DNA of 64,000 nt from Tubulanus polymorphus (Eukaryota > Animalia > Nemertea): NCBI RefSeq assembly GCF_964204645.1, contig NC_134035.1, forward strand, positions 13,700,686 through 13,764,685, written 5' to 3'. The position numbers were made by a program, and so were the translations under genes. Below the pieces are notes generated by a model. It searched no databases and was not told where the DNA came from. It worked only from the letters and a program-made list of their open reading frames with translations. How positions within the stretch are numbered: position 1 is the stretch's first letter; each line of letters begins with the position of its first letter. Positions 1 to 13,845 of this stretch are shown in pieces.

Positions 1-1769
1 ACGCTAAATTAGTTTCATGAACAAACACCGTGATTTCTGATTTCTGTTAATATTTATATACCGACTTTTAATAATCGAAATTAAAATCTAAAAATGTGAG
101 TAAAAGCTCGATAATTTCTTCAGAGAATTTCAAACGTTCATAGAAAAATATCGAATTTCAAATATTGACTTTTTTCTGACAGAATTAACTGAAAAACGTT
201 TGACCTTCGCCGCGCAAATAGAGACGTATTCGCGCGGGACAGATTCGAATTGTCGGCTACATTGACGGATTGTATTGTGCGCTATTTTGACGGATCGCTC
301 CGCGAGGAGTTGACCGAATTGAGTCGACAGTTTGTTCCGTTGTTGTTCCGCGCATCCAGAAAATTACCACGACTACAAAACCTTTCTAGTTCGTTGTTGT
401 TGTAACTGTCGTGTTTGTTGTTGACAATGAAAACGGTTTACGGTTCGGACAGGTAATTTTGAATTTCGCGTCAGGAGTGGATTATAGTGTTCCCATGGGG
501 AGGAGGGGTACGGAGAGAGAGGAAGGGAGGGTAAGGGGAGAGGGGAGGGGGTGTATCAGTTCTCGACGCGCAAATTCGAAATATGAATTCAAAGTTCAAA
601 TCATCGCAAACATCAGCCATATTGATGATGTCACAATTAGCACGGAAGTCATGAGTTTCAGTCAAGCATGTCTTTCACTACCCGGTCAGTGTGGCCGAAT
701 TGTTAGTACTGTCGCCTCACAACCTGTGCATCCCGAGGTCGAATCCTCTCCGACGATTATTTATTTTTTCTTTTTTTTTAGAAAAATACAGAATTATCCC
801 TGTTTAATCTGTTATTTTTGCGCAAGTTGTTCATCAATTAAGATCTTATTCAAGGGAAATGGAAACATTTGGTTGTTAAAGTTGGAACTGTGGAACTGGA
901 TCCAGAGTAAATTAGCCTCATAAAATAGTGGAACTGATTTCGCAGACTACAGCAACCCTGAGAGACTGCTATTACTATCATCTCGGGAACAATCTTAGAA
1001 CGAGTCGCGAGACAAAAATGTAAAGAAAATGATTCTTTGTCGATGGAGTGCCATCACACAAGCATTGAAGACAGTTTTGTCGATTTATCCCGCTACCGTT
1101 ACTGCTGCTGCTGCTGCTGCTACTGCTGCTACTGCTGCTGTAGCTGGTACCGAGTTTCCCCGATCAAATATTTATGAGCTCCGCAGAAGAGACTTTATCT
1201 GTAGCGATAATAACGCTAGAATGAACACTACCGAATAATCCGGTTTGACAATATGGATGTTTCATGTATAACGCTCTAATATAGGGCCGACTCTCTCTCA
1301 CTCGCTCTCTCTTTCTCTCTTTCTTTCTTTCTCTCTCTCTCTTCTTTTCGCCGGTATACTGAAATAATGATTGCTATCTTTCTGTAACCATAAATGTCTT
1401 AAACTACTCCAGTGTAACTGCCATTATTTCTTTGAATAATTCCCGTGGTTACTGCGCAGTCCTGTATAGTTGTAATTCCTATACCAGGAATAAACCAACG
1501 ACCCTCGTTCTATAAACCATGGATGAAACATGATCTGAGTCCGTGTTGTAAAAACGATATAAAATCCCTGCACACTAAGAATGGAAAGGCCCAAAATGTT
1601 TCTCTTTGCTAATAGTTTATCATTCAACGTTTCAACTTTATCCTAATAGTCATCTTCAGGAATACTGATGTTGTCCTCATTATAACCATTGATGAAACAC
1701 TGTGAGTCCGAGTTGTAAAGATAATATAAAATCCCTGCACACAGCTGAGAAAAAAAAGAGTTTGAAATG

Positions 1770-2040
1770 TTTCCTTGAGCTAGTGTAGTTTATTTGACTT
1801 TATCCTAATAATGATTATCATCTTCAGGAATACTGTATTCCTTGAGCTAGTGTAGTTTATTCAACGTTTCGACTTTATCCTAATAGTCATCTTCAGGAAT
1901 ACTGTATTCCTTGAGCTAGTGTAGTTTATTCAACGTTTCGACTTTATCCTAATAGTCATCTTCAGGAATACTGTATTCCTTGAGCTAGTGTAGTTTATTC
2001 AACGTTTCGACTTTATCCTAATAGTCATCTTCAGGAATAC
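1770..2040. repeat. 69-bp tandem repeat, ~4 copies
   Basis: TTCCTTGAGCTAGTGTAGTTTATT... recurs at ~1770, 1838, 1907, 1976. Confidence 0.9.
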
Positions 2041-3503
2041 TTTTGGAGACCATTGATGACAAACTTTGAGTCCGTGTTGTAAATATGTTAACTACACTAG
2101 CTCAAGGAAACGTAGTTCGGACTCTTCTTATTTTTAGTGTTCAGGAATTTCATATGTACTTTTTATAACTCCAAACCTTGCAAAGTCTTTAATTTTAATA
2201 CAGCAATTACGGAAACTGCGCAGGTCTATACGAGAAATAATATCTATGTTACACGAAAAACACCGGTATTAAAAACCTCATCTTTTATCGAAATGGATTT
2301 TTCGCGTGGAACAAGAATTTCGAGCTCGAAAAATTAACTACCCAAAATAAGCTACAATAGCTAAATCCTTGGACGCTAATGACCTTAATTCGATGCACAG
2401 GTGAATCTTAATTCATTAAATCGGTTTTGGGACCGAAGCTTAGTATCTATACGATACTGCTGTGTATATGCTCGATGCGCGCTGCTTTTCGCCGAAATTC
2501 CCTACATATTTGAATTTTGAAAATAACCGAATTAACGGATTAACGGTCTGCGCCGAATAGTTTTTAGTTTTAATATTATAACATGGCGTAATTGTGTATG
2601 GAGTTTAAGGACCAGGGGAGAGAGAGTAGGACTAACGGGGTAATTATCATACCCGTGAGATTATACTTTATTGAAGGGGATTAATCCCGCGTTTAATCGG
2701 ATGAATAAAAAATGAATGAAGAAGCCATTTCTGCGCGCGCACACGCGCACGTAATGTTGTCGTTTATATCTTCGGGGGGTTCGAATCCCGAAATACTTAC
2801 TTCACTCGAAAACTACTATAAATGCTAAATAATTTATTAATTTATGATAATACAAAATACGTGGTTAGATTATTATTGATATTAGATATTTTTGTAGATG
2901 AATTTGACCTGTGAAGGTGATTACCGAGGAGACCAAAACATTACCTTCATAAACAACCATCGTGTTTGAACTTTTCAAATAACGGACATTTTGATAATTT
3001 CCCTATTTCGATATTTTGATATTCGAGAAAAATGAAAAACATATCGAACCGAGAAAATCATGCAATTTTCGAAAATATCAAAATCTCGCTAAAATATCAG
3101 AATCTCGCTACGTATTTTTGATGTGTTGTTTTCAAGGCTACTAAATCCAAATATGAACACAAAGACGTCACAATGTGATCAACTGAAGCAAATAAGAATT
3201 GATAGAAATTTATTCTATATCGGTCTCTCGTACGTTTGCGTCTATAAATAAGAACGCGATAGGTTTAAAACGAGACTTAGTCACGATCGATATTCACCGA
3301 CTCCGGTACTGCAATATATACATACACGTGTATATAAATGTATGGTTTTTAAATAAATAGATATAATTCGACTGATCACGGTTGAGTTGTCGTCACATAT
3401 TGAACGATGATTTCGGTTGCGAGTTGTGTTTTTATACACGTGTGTTTGTGGTAATGTGTCAGTGATGTGTGTAAAATAGCCTGAAGGTTTTATAATGTAT
3501 GCA

Positions 3504-3675
3504 TCAGGAACCAGCAATCCCCGCCGCCATCACCCGTTCAGGAACCAGCAATACCCGCCGCCATCACCCGTTCAGGAACCAGCAATACCCGCCGCCATCA
3601 CCCGTTCAGGAACCAGCAATACCCGCCGCCATCAACCGTTCAGGAACCAGCAATCCCCGCCGCCATCACCCGTTC
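3504..3675. repeat. 34-bp minisatellite, 5 copies
   Basis: Unit TCAGGAACCAGCAATACCCGCCGCCATCACCCGT. Confidence 0.92.
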
Positions 3676-3779
3676 CACCGTTATTACTGTTACTGTTACA
3701 GAGAGATTGAAGGTAGAATCATGTTTTATTCATATCACCGTTTGCCTTGAATTCTGGGCTAGGTCTCTCGATCTCTGTC

Positions 3780-4024
3780 TCTCCTCTCACCGTCGTCTCT
3801 CCTCTCTCCTCTCCCCTCTCTCCTCTCTCCTCTCCCCTCTCTCCTCTCTCCTCTCTCCTCTCTCCTCTCTCCTCTCTCCTCTCTCCTCTCTCCTCTCTCC
3901 TCTCTCCTCTCTCCTCTCTCCTCTCTCCTCTCTCCTCTCTCCTCTCTCCTCTCTCCTCTCTCCTCTCTCCTCTCTCCTCTCTCCTCTCTCCTCTCTCCTC
4001 TCTCCTCTCTCCTCTCTCCTCTCC
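3780..4024. repeat. (CTCCTCT)n 7-bp microsatellite
   Basis: Near-pure heptamer run. Confidence 0.95.
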
Positions 4025-7000
4025 TGAATAGTTACAAGCATATATATATAATACACCTTTGTGACTTTTACAGCCAAACAATAAATATCATTCTACTAAT
4101 TATTGCGGTATAGTAACCCGTGTATGGCGGAGTGGAGCGCTATCTACCAGACCGGGCCATCCTCTCGACATTGCTTGAAGATAATAACAATCATATTGAA
4201 TTTATGGACGAAAAAGAAAGATTTTCAACGGCTGGAATTGTGTCAAAAATACATATTCACTATAAATCCCTGGCGCGGTGTTCGAATTTTTGTAGAATTG
4301 AAAATAACAGGAAATACTTAAAAATCTCTAAGATTATCTGGAATAATGTGAGCTTTTAATTCGCGGATCGAAACGATTTAACGGTAAATCGTCCGCCGCG
4401 AAACAAAAGGTCGCGAAACGATAAAAATGGCCGGCGGTAAAACGCGTGTAGGAATCGACGGACGGAATTCACGCTGTTTTCTGTGAGAAAACGGACACAA
4501 CTCTTAGCAGACGACACTGAACGAGATTCGCGTGTAAAACATTTCGCCAAAAGGCAAACGTCGTGTCGTTTGTTCGCTTCTATTCCCTCCGATCCCGTCC
4601 TTCATAAACGACCGACCGATAATTTAAGCGCTACCATTGAACAACGCGTTGAAAATAGTCAATTGTTGAAGCGATTGTTACCGCTTACGACTAACATTGT
4701 TACCGACAATATTGTATTATATCGTTACATTGTAATATTCGCAGCTGAAGAGTCGTGATGACTTAACCTCACAACTCTCCTACTCTCTCCCACTCTCTCT
4801 GGGTCTCACCAGTCAATTATCAGTCATTTCTATATGTTACAATTGATGATGCATCCGCAAGAACTTTCTATTTTCAGAAGCGCCTGATTTTCTTACTCGG
4901 TATAAAATATAGTAAACGGTATGAAAATGTCAAATATATTCGATGGAATTTGATGGCGATAAATACAGAATTATTGCGTGAGAATAAAATGTGAAGGAAT
5001 TTCTGGAAATGAAATTGGACCAAATATAAAGCAAGAATTGTGGATTTTTTTAACGGATCGCCAGTGATGTTTATCGAAATTATATCTCGAATGCGGCATC
5101 GGGTGAAATTGAGAATTCTTAATTCATTCTAAAAAATGATAAGATTGACAGTAGAAATCTAGAGGTTAAGGGATCGTTTCGCAAAGCAAAACATCGGAAT
5201 TATTTCCTGACGATGTTTGAAAATTATAAGGTTAAATAGATATAAAGGTTTATCGGTTAGATTCTCTAAATAAAAACTATTATGAATATTTTATATATAT
5301 ATTCTATATACCGCATTTTCTTGTAGAATGTTCTCATAAATATATCATAATTCAAGTCTACAAGATTTCCGAATGTTTAACTTCGATTTAGACAACAATT
5401 TCTGTAAATCCGACCGATCGCACAATTATATATGTGCCTTTGATTTCCGATTTCAAAATCAAAACCCCTGTTTCGTTCCCGGCAGGTGTGACTGACGGGT
5501 TTGTAGGGGAACATGTCAAATGGGTAGAGAATGAAGTCAATCGATTGAATGAAAAAGATGGAAAATCGACGCGAATAAATTTCGTGAATAACTGATGATA
5601 TTTTCCTGTTTTGGAAATCGACGCGTTTTCGAGAACGTAAAACCGAGATTGAAATTCGCTTAAACCGAAATAAAAGAAATCGTGCGCGCATCAGGGGAAG
5701 TAAGTTAAATAGAAAACGGATTAGAAATTAATACGGAAAATTAGAAATGTATTGAATGGATCAAATAATTTATGATATATAAAAAAAATATCCGTAAAAA
5801 TGTTCAATAAATGAATTATTCGAACGATAAAAGAAAATGCACAAATTCGGAAAAATCAAAACCAAAAAATTATGAATATATAATTGATCAAGATTGTAAA
5901 TAATCACGTAATACAAAGAGAGCTTACCTTCCGATAAAATTTTTCAAAAAAAAAATTATTTTTCATATCGTGAAGATATTATCCGATCGTTAGATAGTTT
6001 TAAATCCATTTCAATATTGTGTACGGTATATCACACGAGTCCGGTCCTTATCCTAAACTGAAAATCGTCGTCGCATTCTGACTTTCACTTTTTCATAATA
6101 GGTAATCTATTTATTTCTATAAACTAGAATATAATTCTAGTCTCGAGTTGGCGAGAGTCTCAAACCGTAATGTTCTATCAGTTCTTCTTACGTTCGGGAA
6201 TCTCTCGGTTCTCTCTCTTTCTCTCTAAAACTTGTCGCAACGGCTGCAGACAAATTAACATCATCCACAAAGGAGCAAAACGGACTTGTTGTTTACGCGA
6301 GCAGAAAATCATCCCGACCCGATAGAGCTCAAAGAAATTTGATATAAAGACGAAGCGAGGAATGCTCTAACTGGAAACAAGGGGCGCTAACCCCGACACC
6401 CCCCCCCCCCTCGAGAAGGGGAGAGATGGAGTTTAGAAAAAAATTCAAAAAATGAAATACTTCCGTTATTTTTATCTCGTAAATAAAAAATGTCTGATGA
6501 ATAATTTCTGGTTAGTTTGTGATTTGAATCTGTTTGTATTTTCAGCCGCTAACCGAGAGAGGAGGAGAGAGAGAGGAGGAGAGAGAGGAGAAGAGAGAGG
6601 AGCGCGGTTCATTAGATCCTACACACATTAATTACGTCTCGTTAATTATCACGCAAAATTTACTCTTTACCCAACAAGCCGAAATAACCGGGACAAGCTT
6701 ACCGCGAAAATATCCCGTACGCCCCCTACCGCCCCGTGACCAGCTCCCCCTCCCCTCAAACGCCCTATATCACATACGTAAAGTGCGATAGAAATAAAAG
6801 TTTTACTGATTTGAATTATAGAAAAACAGAAAGATGAATTTACCTGTTATGAGAGTTGACGCGTAGATGATACGGCTGACAGTAGCGGGGTTTACTGAGG
6901 ACGCTATGACAGACTGTGCGACTGGTACACTCACACCGGGCACCAGTCAACCGAACATAATCAACACCGCGCTCTTAACGCTGATTGGCTGATACAGCCG

Positions 7001-7719
7001 ATAAGCAGCTTCATCATTATATAGCGGTAACAGAGCGAGATCCATCCGCGCAGCAGCAGCAGCAGCAGCATCAGAGAACAGAAAGAGAGAGAGAGAGAGA
7101 GGCAGGCAGGATGGATATACCTGATAGTCCTAGACCCTGATCGAGAGAGACCCACAATATCAACCGTTATTTTTCTTACTTTCATTTTCAAATAAACTCT
7201 GAAGAAGGGTGGATTAGTGGATGGGTGGATTGTTAGGTGGATTGGTGGACGGGTGGATGGGTGGATTGGTGGACACGAAACGTAAAAATGATTCAAACAA
7301 TGACAGTTGATACTATGGATTTATCTTCATCGTGACTGGAAATAGTGTTCACTCTTTACAACACCTGATAGTCTACCCTGATATCCTGGATCCATCACCT
7401 CATAAATGATACCTTCAGTTACTTGAACTAGATTTATTTTGCTCAAAAGACAATCAATGTATTTTTTCCGGTGTATGACTGGCCCGCCCCCTGCTGGGAA
7501 TGCTTCACAATTATCACTTGTATATACTATTGATTTTCGTGTTTGTTTACATATAATCAACATATTCAAATTTGTATCGATTATTTCTATACACGCTGTA
7601 TCAGTAAATATAGAATTGCGTTAGTAACGGATAAAGATCATTTTCCATTTCAGAAACTTCTGAAATTTGATTCCAATTGAAAATAAATCCAGGAAACAAT
7701 GACAGGGGTAAAAAGGGAG

Positions 7720-8150
7720 AGATTGGAGGGAATGGGGAGAGTGGAGAGGGACAAGGGGAAAATAAGGGGTACTCTGTGTAATCTATTTTTCTGAGTGTTA
7801 AAACACGAATCCTGCCACAGACACCGCATACTCGATGGGAATGGGGAGAGTGGAGAGGGACAAGGGGAAAATAAGGGGTAGTCTGTGTAATCTAATTTCA
7901 GAGTTTAAAACACAAAGCCTGCCACAGACACCGCAGACTCGATGGGAACGGGGAGAGTGGAGAGGGACAAGGGGAGAATAAGGGGTACTCTGTGTAATCT
8001 ATTTTTCTGAGTGTTAAAACACAAAGTCTGTCACAGACCACTGACTCCATGGGAATGGGGAGAGGGATGGGACAAGGGGAGAATAAGGGGTACTCTGTGT
8101 AATCTATTTTTCTGAGTTTATAACACAAAGCCTGCCACAGACACCGCAGA
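7720..8150. repeat. ~107-bp tandem repeat, 4 copies
   Basis: GGGGAGAGTGGAGAGGGACAAGGGG...CTGCCACAGACACCGCA recurs at ~7734, 7843, 7950, 8056. Confidence 0.88.
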
Positions 8151-11100
8151 CACCGATGACTCTGTATTTGAGACGCGCGTGAAAAAAGTTCACAACTTTC
8201 GATTATATTAATTTGTTTCATTAGCGGAGACTATTCGGGGTATTTTTTTTAGACCGGAGCCACTTATCGTTGATTGGTCGGATTGGCTGATCGTACCTGC
8301 GAGGCACAGGCAGGTACGATCGTGTCGACTCGGCGCCGTTATCGGATTAGATATTTGAAACACACTGACGAAAATCCGGCAAATTCTGACTCGCGCGGAT
8401 GATGATAATATCAGAGTAAAACCTAACCAAGCGAATATAGCCTCGTCGACAGTATTAACTAACCCGTAATCTACCAACAGCGACCACTGTATCTGATAAA
8501 TAAATTTGTCACACCCGTTTTAAAAAAGAAACTAACCGCCTAAAATCATCTCTCTCTGAAATCCGCGCGCGCATTCCAACAATGAATCTCCCGTAATTAC
8601 CGACCAATCGGAATTGAGTACTTGCTCGCTATGACGACGCGTTTGTATGTGGGAGAGACGAAGCGCCAAAATAACATACGACGAAAATATGTTGCGGGCG
8701 AAATTAAGATGTAGTTAGTAAGGGATTTTTTACGGTTGTTAGACACAGGGGTGTGCGATACAAGGGGAGAAGAGAGAGGAGAGAGGAGTCTTCTCTTCAT
8801 TTTCTCGATTTTTCTAGTTATTAGCCGTGAAGTGTATAAGAAGCTTATATCGGACGAGACGACAGCAGACGACAGTAGTAGAATCCAGTAGCTGTTTGTA
8901 TGACTCCCGGAGAATACGATGAAACCAATGTGGCGAAATGAATCTTCCTAAAATCCTCTCCGCTCTTACACGATGTCATCCATCGTTTAATTTCGGTAAA
9001 AGCATCATCATCATTATCGCGCGATATCGCTACCGATGTGGAGACGGTTTCGACGTTCCCCTGAAACCCAACGTCGGGTTGTACTTTCAAAAACATGCTA
9101 AACTCACACAACTGTGGAACTGGATCCACAGTCAAATAACCCACACAACTGTGGAACTGGATCCACAGTCAAATCAAAAACTGTGGATCAAAGTCACCAA
9201 ACAAAGTTATCTAAAGTAAGCTTTATCGGCAAAGCTATTTACAGGCACCGTACGACCACAGTTCGGTCACATAAATCGGGGTTCGAACCAGGTCGGTTGT
9301 ACTGATTAACCGCACGATTAACGGCGAGCAGCACGGACTGACACGTGACGTCACAATACAGGAAATCGTTCGATTCGTGAACCATTAACTACCTAATGAA
9401 CCGACGGACAGACGACACTAGATCTCGAGTGGACGAGATAGCTTTAAAACACACCACACCGCGCTTATTGTTAAAGATGACCAGAAAACAAAGACTGACT
9501 CGATTTATAATCTTGTATAATGTGTATTAATGAGACTCACTCGTTAACTGGGGGTGATTTACCATTTTCTGATTTGATGCTCCAGCTAATCTCAACATTC
9601 TCTCTACTTTACTCTGGTTATCCATGTAGAATAATCGAGCGTGATCCTTGGGTCGAAATCTTAGGGGTCAAGTTGGGCAGGATCCAGACCGTTTTAATAG
9701 TACAGATAGTTCAAGGGGTTGAGATATCGGGTACCTTTTTGTCCACTGTCACACTTTCCCGCGACAATCATCAACAAAATTACACTATAAACTATAAGTA
9801 TCGTCTTCTATTGTTATATCAAATAAGTCTTAAAAAAAGATTGATAAATCAACTGCTAAGTACACGGCACATTTTAGGGATGACAGTTATGCTTTGACAA
9901 AATATGTTCATGTGTTAGTGGGTTAGTATGCATAGTATGTTAGTAGGCCGTTTGAATTTCGTAGCACTATATCCTAGTGAACTTCTGGAATACTGAATAT
10001 CCCTTTTAAACATATTGAAGTATTTCATATTAATCAATTTCAGACATAAACATTTCGGACTCCATTTTTCAGTTCAAACGTGCATGGATTTTATATCATC
10101 ATGGTCATTGAATGACTTCTACGTGATATATTTGATCCAGATATCAGCACTATACTGAACCGTATGGTACGCTCTAAAAGCCTGCTGAGCTGAAATAAAA
10201 AAAGACCCCTAAGCATCGCGGCAAGTGCTCCGAATAGTGCAGTACCAGCAGCGCAGTCAGCAGCGGCCCACCAATTCTACCCGAGGCACTTAAAGAATCT
10301 GTCATCCAGCAATTCCTACGATTCTCTTTAATCAAAGCACTTTAGTATTGAGAGCCGATTTAACAATACGTCGGACGATCGAAAATGGAAGGTTGTCTTT
10401 AGACGCATCGATACAGAGATTTGAAAGACTACACGATCTATTGTTATATGATTGGTTTGAGTTGAAGAGGTCCACACTACTAATACTACTACTGCTGCTG
10501 CTGCTGCTGCTACTGGTACCGACTCCGACCCGAGCTCATCCACTCTCCCAATACATCTGTTCACTATCGGCGCAATAAACGGTACCCTATTGTTCAAACC
10601 AATCTCAGAAAAAATCTTTAATCATCTCCGCAGTTTGAAGAAAGTCATTTCGTTTCTCTCGCTCCGGTCCGGGGTCCGGTGCCTATTAGTTCATTAATTA
10701 CTCGACAGGGGGCGCATTTACACGTAATCGACTGCGCGTACTAGTTCTGTATAATAGTCTGTTCTGAAATAAACGGCGCAACCTGTTTCATACAGACGAT
10801 TAATGACGACTTCAAACGAAGAAATGGGAACCGGTTATCCCACCAGGTGGCGTGCGCGACAATAGGAGATATCTCTGATCAAAACAAAGATTCACTGACA
10901 ATTGGAAATTAGACAACTCCTTTGAATCGACATTCTCGTCAACAGGGGGCGTGATCATCGACAAATCTCAATAATAGAATTTTAGAATCTATGAATCCGG
11001 CATTGATACCTGACTCTACACTAGCGACACCTAGTGGTGGTTCCTCACTAGCCACGAGTGCAATCCTCCGAGTCCTACGACCAGCAACCAGCGCCCCTGA

Positions 11101-12004
11101 CGGATCCCCACTTGCCACAAGTGGAATCCTCTATTGTTACAGTAATCGATGTCCTTCTGGACACTAGCGACACCTGGTGGATCCTTATTTTCTACAGTAG
11201 GCTCTGGTTCACTGGTCACGATAGTTGAAATCCAAAAAGCGCACCTAGCGGATCCTCACTTGCCAGAGTAACTCGTTCCGAATAATAGTCAAAGTTTGAT
11301 ATTATGAATGAATAAAACTCGATATTTCTGAGATGAGTCGATATATGAACCAGCAGTGGCAGGTGACCTGCAGAGCGCAATATATGTAGTTCACTAGGCG
11401 ACCTGCAGAGAGCGCTGTAAGTCTCGTTAATTATACCGGAAATTTAATTTCATACACCAGTGTAACCTCTTCTCTGATACTCCTGGAGTATTTATTAATC
11501 CGTTACTCTTCGTCGCCGTAAAAAGCAAAAAAATCGTTTAGAGTAATGGTTACTCCCGGTGTGCGCCCGGTGTGCGCCCGGTGTGCGCGCGACAGGGTCT
11601 TCTGTTTGAAACTATAGACGGACAAGACGGAAATCTCTTTTCTTTCGGTTGAAGATGAATCGATAATGATTAATCATATCATTTCTTATTTATAAAGATT
11701 TCGTTAATTAGAAAATATCGTATTAATGCAGGAATAAATTCGATATCGCAGACACTAATATTATTAGCCTACAATAGATTTATATAATTAGAGGTTTTTT
11801 ATATAGAGTGGATACGGATTAATGAGAAAACGACTTCAACAAAGTTTCACTGTATCTAACTGTTGGTATACTGTATCTAGCTTATAAAAGCAGGGGGCTG
11901 GGCCCAGTTCCTTGCTGCTTAGCTTCTAAAGCAAGATCATTGAAAATCTGGGTCCAGTTCCTTGTGATCGCGTTGATTCGTTATAAATTATGGTATCTAC
12001 CTCA

Positions 12005-12140
12005 GGGCCAGTTGCTCAAAATTTGGTTAAAGATAACCAGCAAAATGATAACTGGCGGATAAATAGCATAGTAGCAATGAGCTTAATAGTCACTATAGTC
12101 AACTATCCACTGGTTAACTGTAACTAACAACTGCAGCCCT
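12005..12140. mobile_element. Degenerate MITE related to 34977-35107
   Basis: Shared termini (GGGCCAGTTGCTCAAA...AACAACTGCAGCCC) and shared internal CTGGCGGAT / GTCACTATAGTCAACTATCCACTGGTTAACT. Confidence 0.55.
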
Positions 12141-13404
12141 TGTTTTACTATACTATCGGCTTATATTCGCCCAATGTTATACATTCCTGTAATTTGCAAA
12201 GTCTGTTGAGATACTTTACGTAAATAAATACTATGACAATTTGTTATTATCATTTCTATCTTAACGCGCGCGACTTTAGAATTTTTTCGAACAATCATCT
12301 ATCAGAGTCCAGGGTCAAATGATCATTTCAGAGCAAGCGTGTGGGTTCCCCTACTGCTAATTATAGGGCATTTTCCTCTATTAAGTTAATCATAGATTCG
12401 AACAATTGAATTTCCTTTTATTTAAACAATAACGTATAAACCGGTAGTTAAAATTATCGATTATTCAACTGACTAATTACGCGCGCGAGCACCACGTGAC
12501 GTCTCGACGCCTTGCGCGTCAGAACGAAGCCGCTTTTTAGACAACATTTTGTCAACAATCGACGTTTCATTCAGCGTCGTTCACGTTTCGTTTTTAGGAT
12601 CGATTGACGTCGTTTCCGGTCGCACATGCGCGTTGCGCGTCGCGGCGGAAGTATTTTCGTCACGTGACGACGAATCGCCCGTGTTCGCACTTCCGGTCGA
12701 CGATTTGGGCAGACGGCGGGTGCCGTAAACCGGTCGCGATACTGGCGAGGTCGGTATCGATTAGAATCGCCGGGGCACTAATCATAATTGGTCTTGTTGT
12801 CGCGACCTGTCGACACGATGTCGACACGATGTCGACATATTTCTTTTATTTCGTAACAATAAGATCATAATTAATCGAAGATATTTCAATCAGTGAATTG
12901 TTGCCCTGTCTGCGGGGTACCGTACAGGGCGCGTGCTCGCGTGGACCGATCGATAAGTCGGGTCTCCGGTAACAATCGGGTACGTAGGGAATCCCTGTAA
13001 GTCAATGCGCAGCCGCATCGAGCTTCTGTCACACCTGGATCGAGAAGACTTTTTAATGCGAACAGATATCTAATTAATGATCACGGACGCTGAGGTTGAT
13101 GATACGATGAAGACAATGTTGATTTCCGCCCGTCCGTCCGTAACCACGTGACGGTCAGAATAATTCCACACATGGTGGAACAGGCCGTTAAATATCCCTG
13201 GGAAACAGACACAGAAAAAAGAGAGACTATACTCAGGACCGAGCTCCACAGTTTTGGACGCGGGTGTTTCTGAAACCAGAATCTAAGGTCGAATTAACCC
13301 ACAAATATAGAAATATATTTTCAAAGATATATAATATCTGATTTTGATGCTTTCTTACTGGGGCTCGATACTGATCTGGTTGATTTTCTGGTCCCTGGGT
13401 CTTG

Positions 13405-13845
13405 GTCTGGTGCTGCTGGTGCTGCTGATGGGTCTGGTGCCGATACTGGCGGCTGCCGCTGGTGCGGGTGGTGCAGGTGGTAGAACTGGTGCCGGTGCTG
13501 GTGCTGCTTGTGCTGGTGCCGATACTGGCGGCTGCCGCTGGTGCTGGTGATGGTGCTGGTGGTGCTGGTGGTGCCGGTGCTGGTGCTGCTTGTGCTGGTG
13601 CCGATACTGGCGGCTGCCGCTGGTGCTGGTGATGGTGCTGGTGGTGCTGGTGGTGCCGGTGCTGATGGTGCTGGTGCTGCTGGTGCTGGTTCCGATACTG
13701 GCGGCTGCCGCTGGTGCCGGTGATGGTGCTGGTGGTGCTGGTGCTGCTGATGGTGTTGGTGGTGATGATGCTGGTGCTGGTGCTGCTGGTGCCGGTGCTG
13801 GTGCTGCTGGTGCCGGTGCTGGCGGCTGCCGCTGGTGCTGTTACT
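13405..13845. repeat. GC-rich (GGT/GCT)n compound repeat
   Basis: GGTGCT triplet runs punctuated by CCGATACTGGCGGCTGCCGC. Confidence 0.85.

Noticed and set aside
3707-4081. ORFs encoding LSPLSSL / ERREERG repeats (also 17000-17500, 20292-20855, 27960-28427)
   Set aside because: Artefacts of CT/GA microsatellites.
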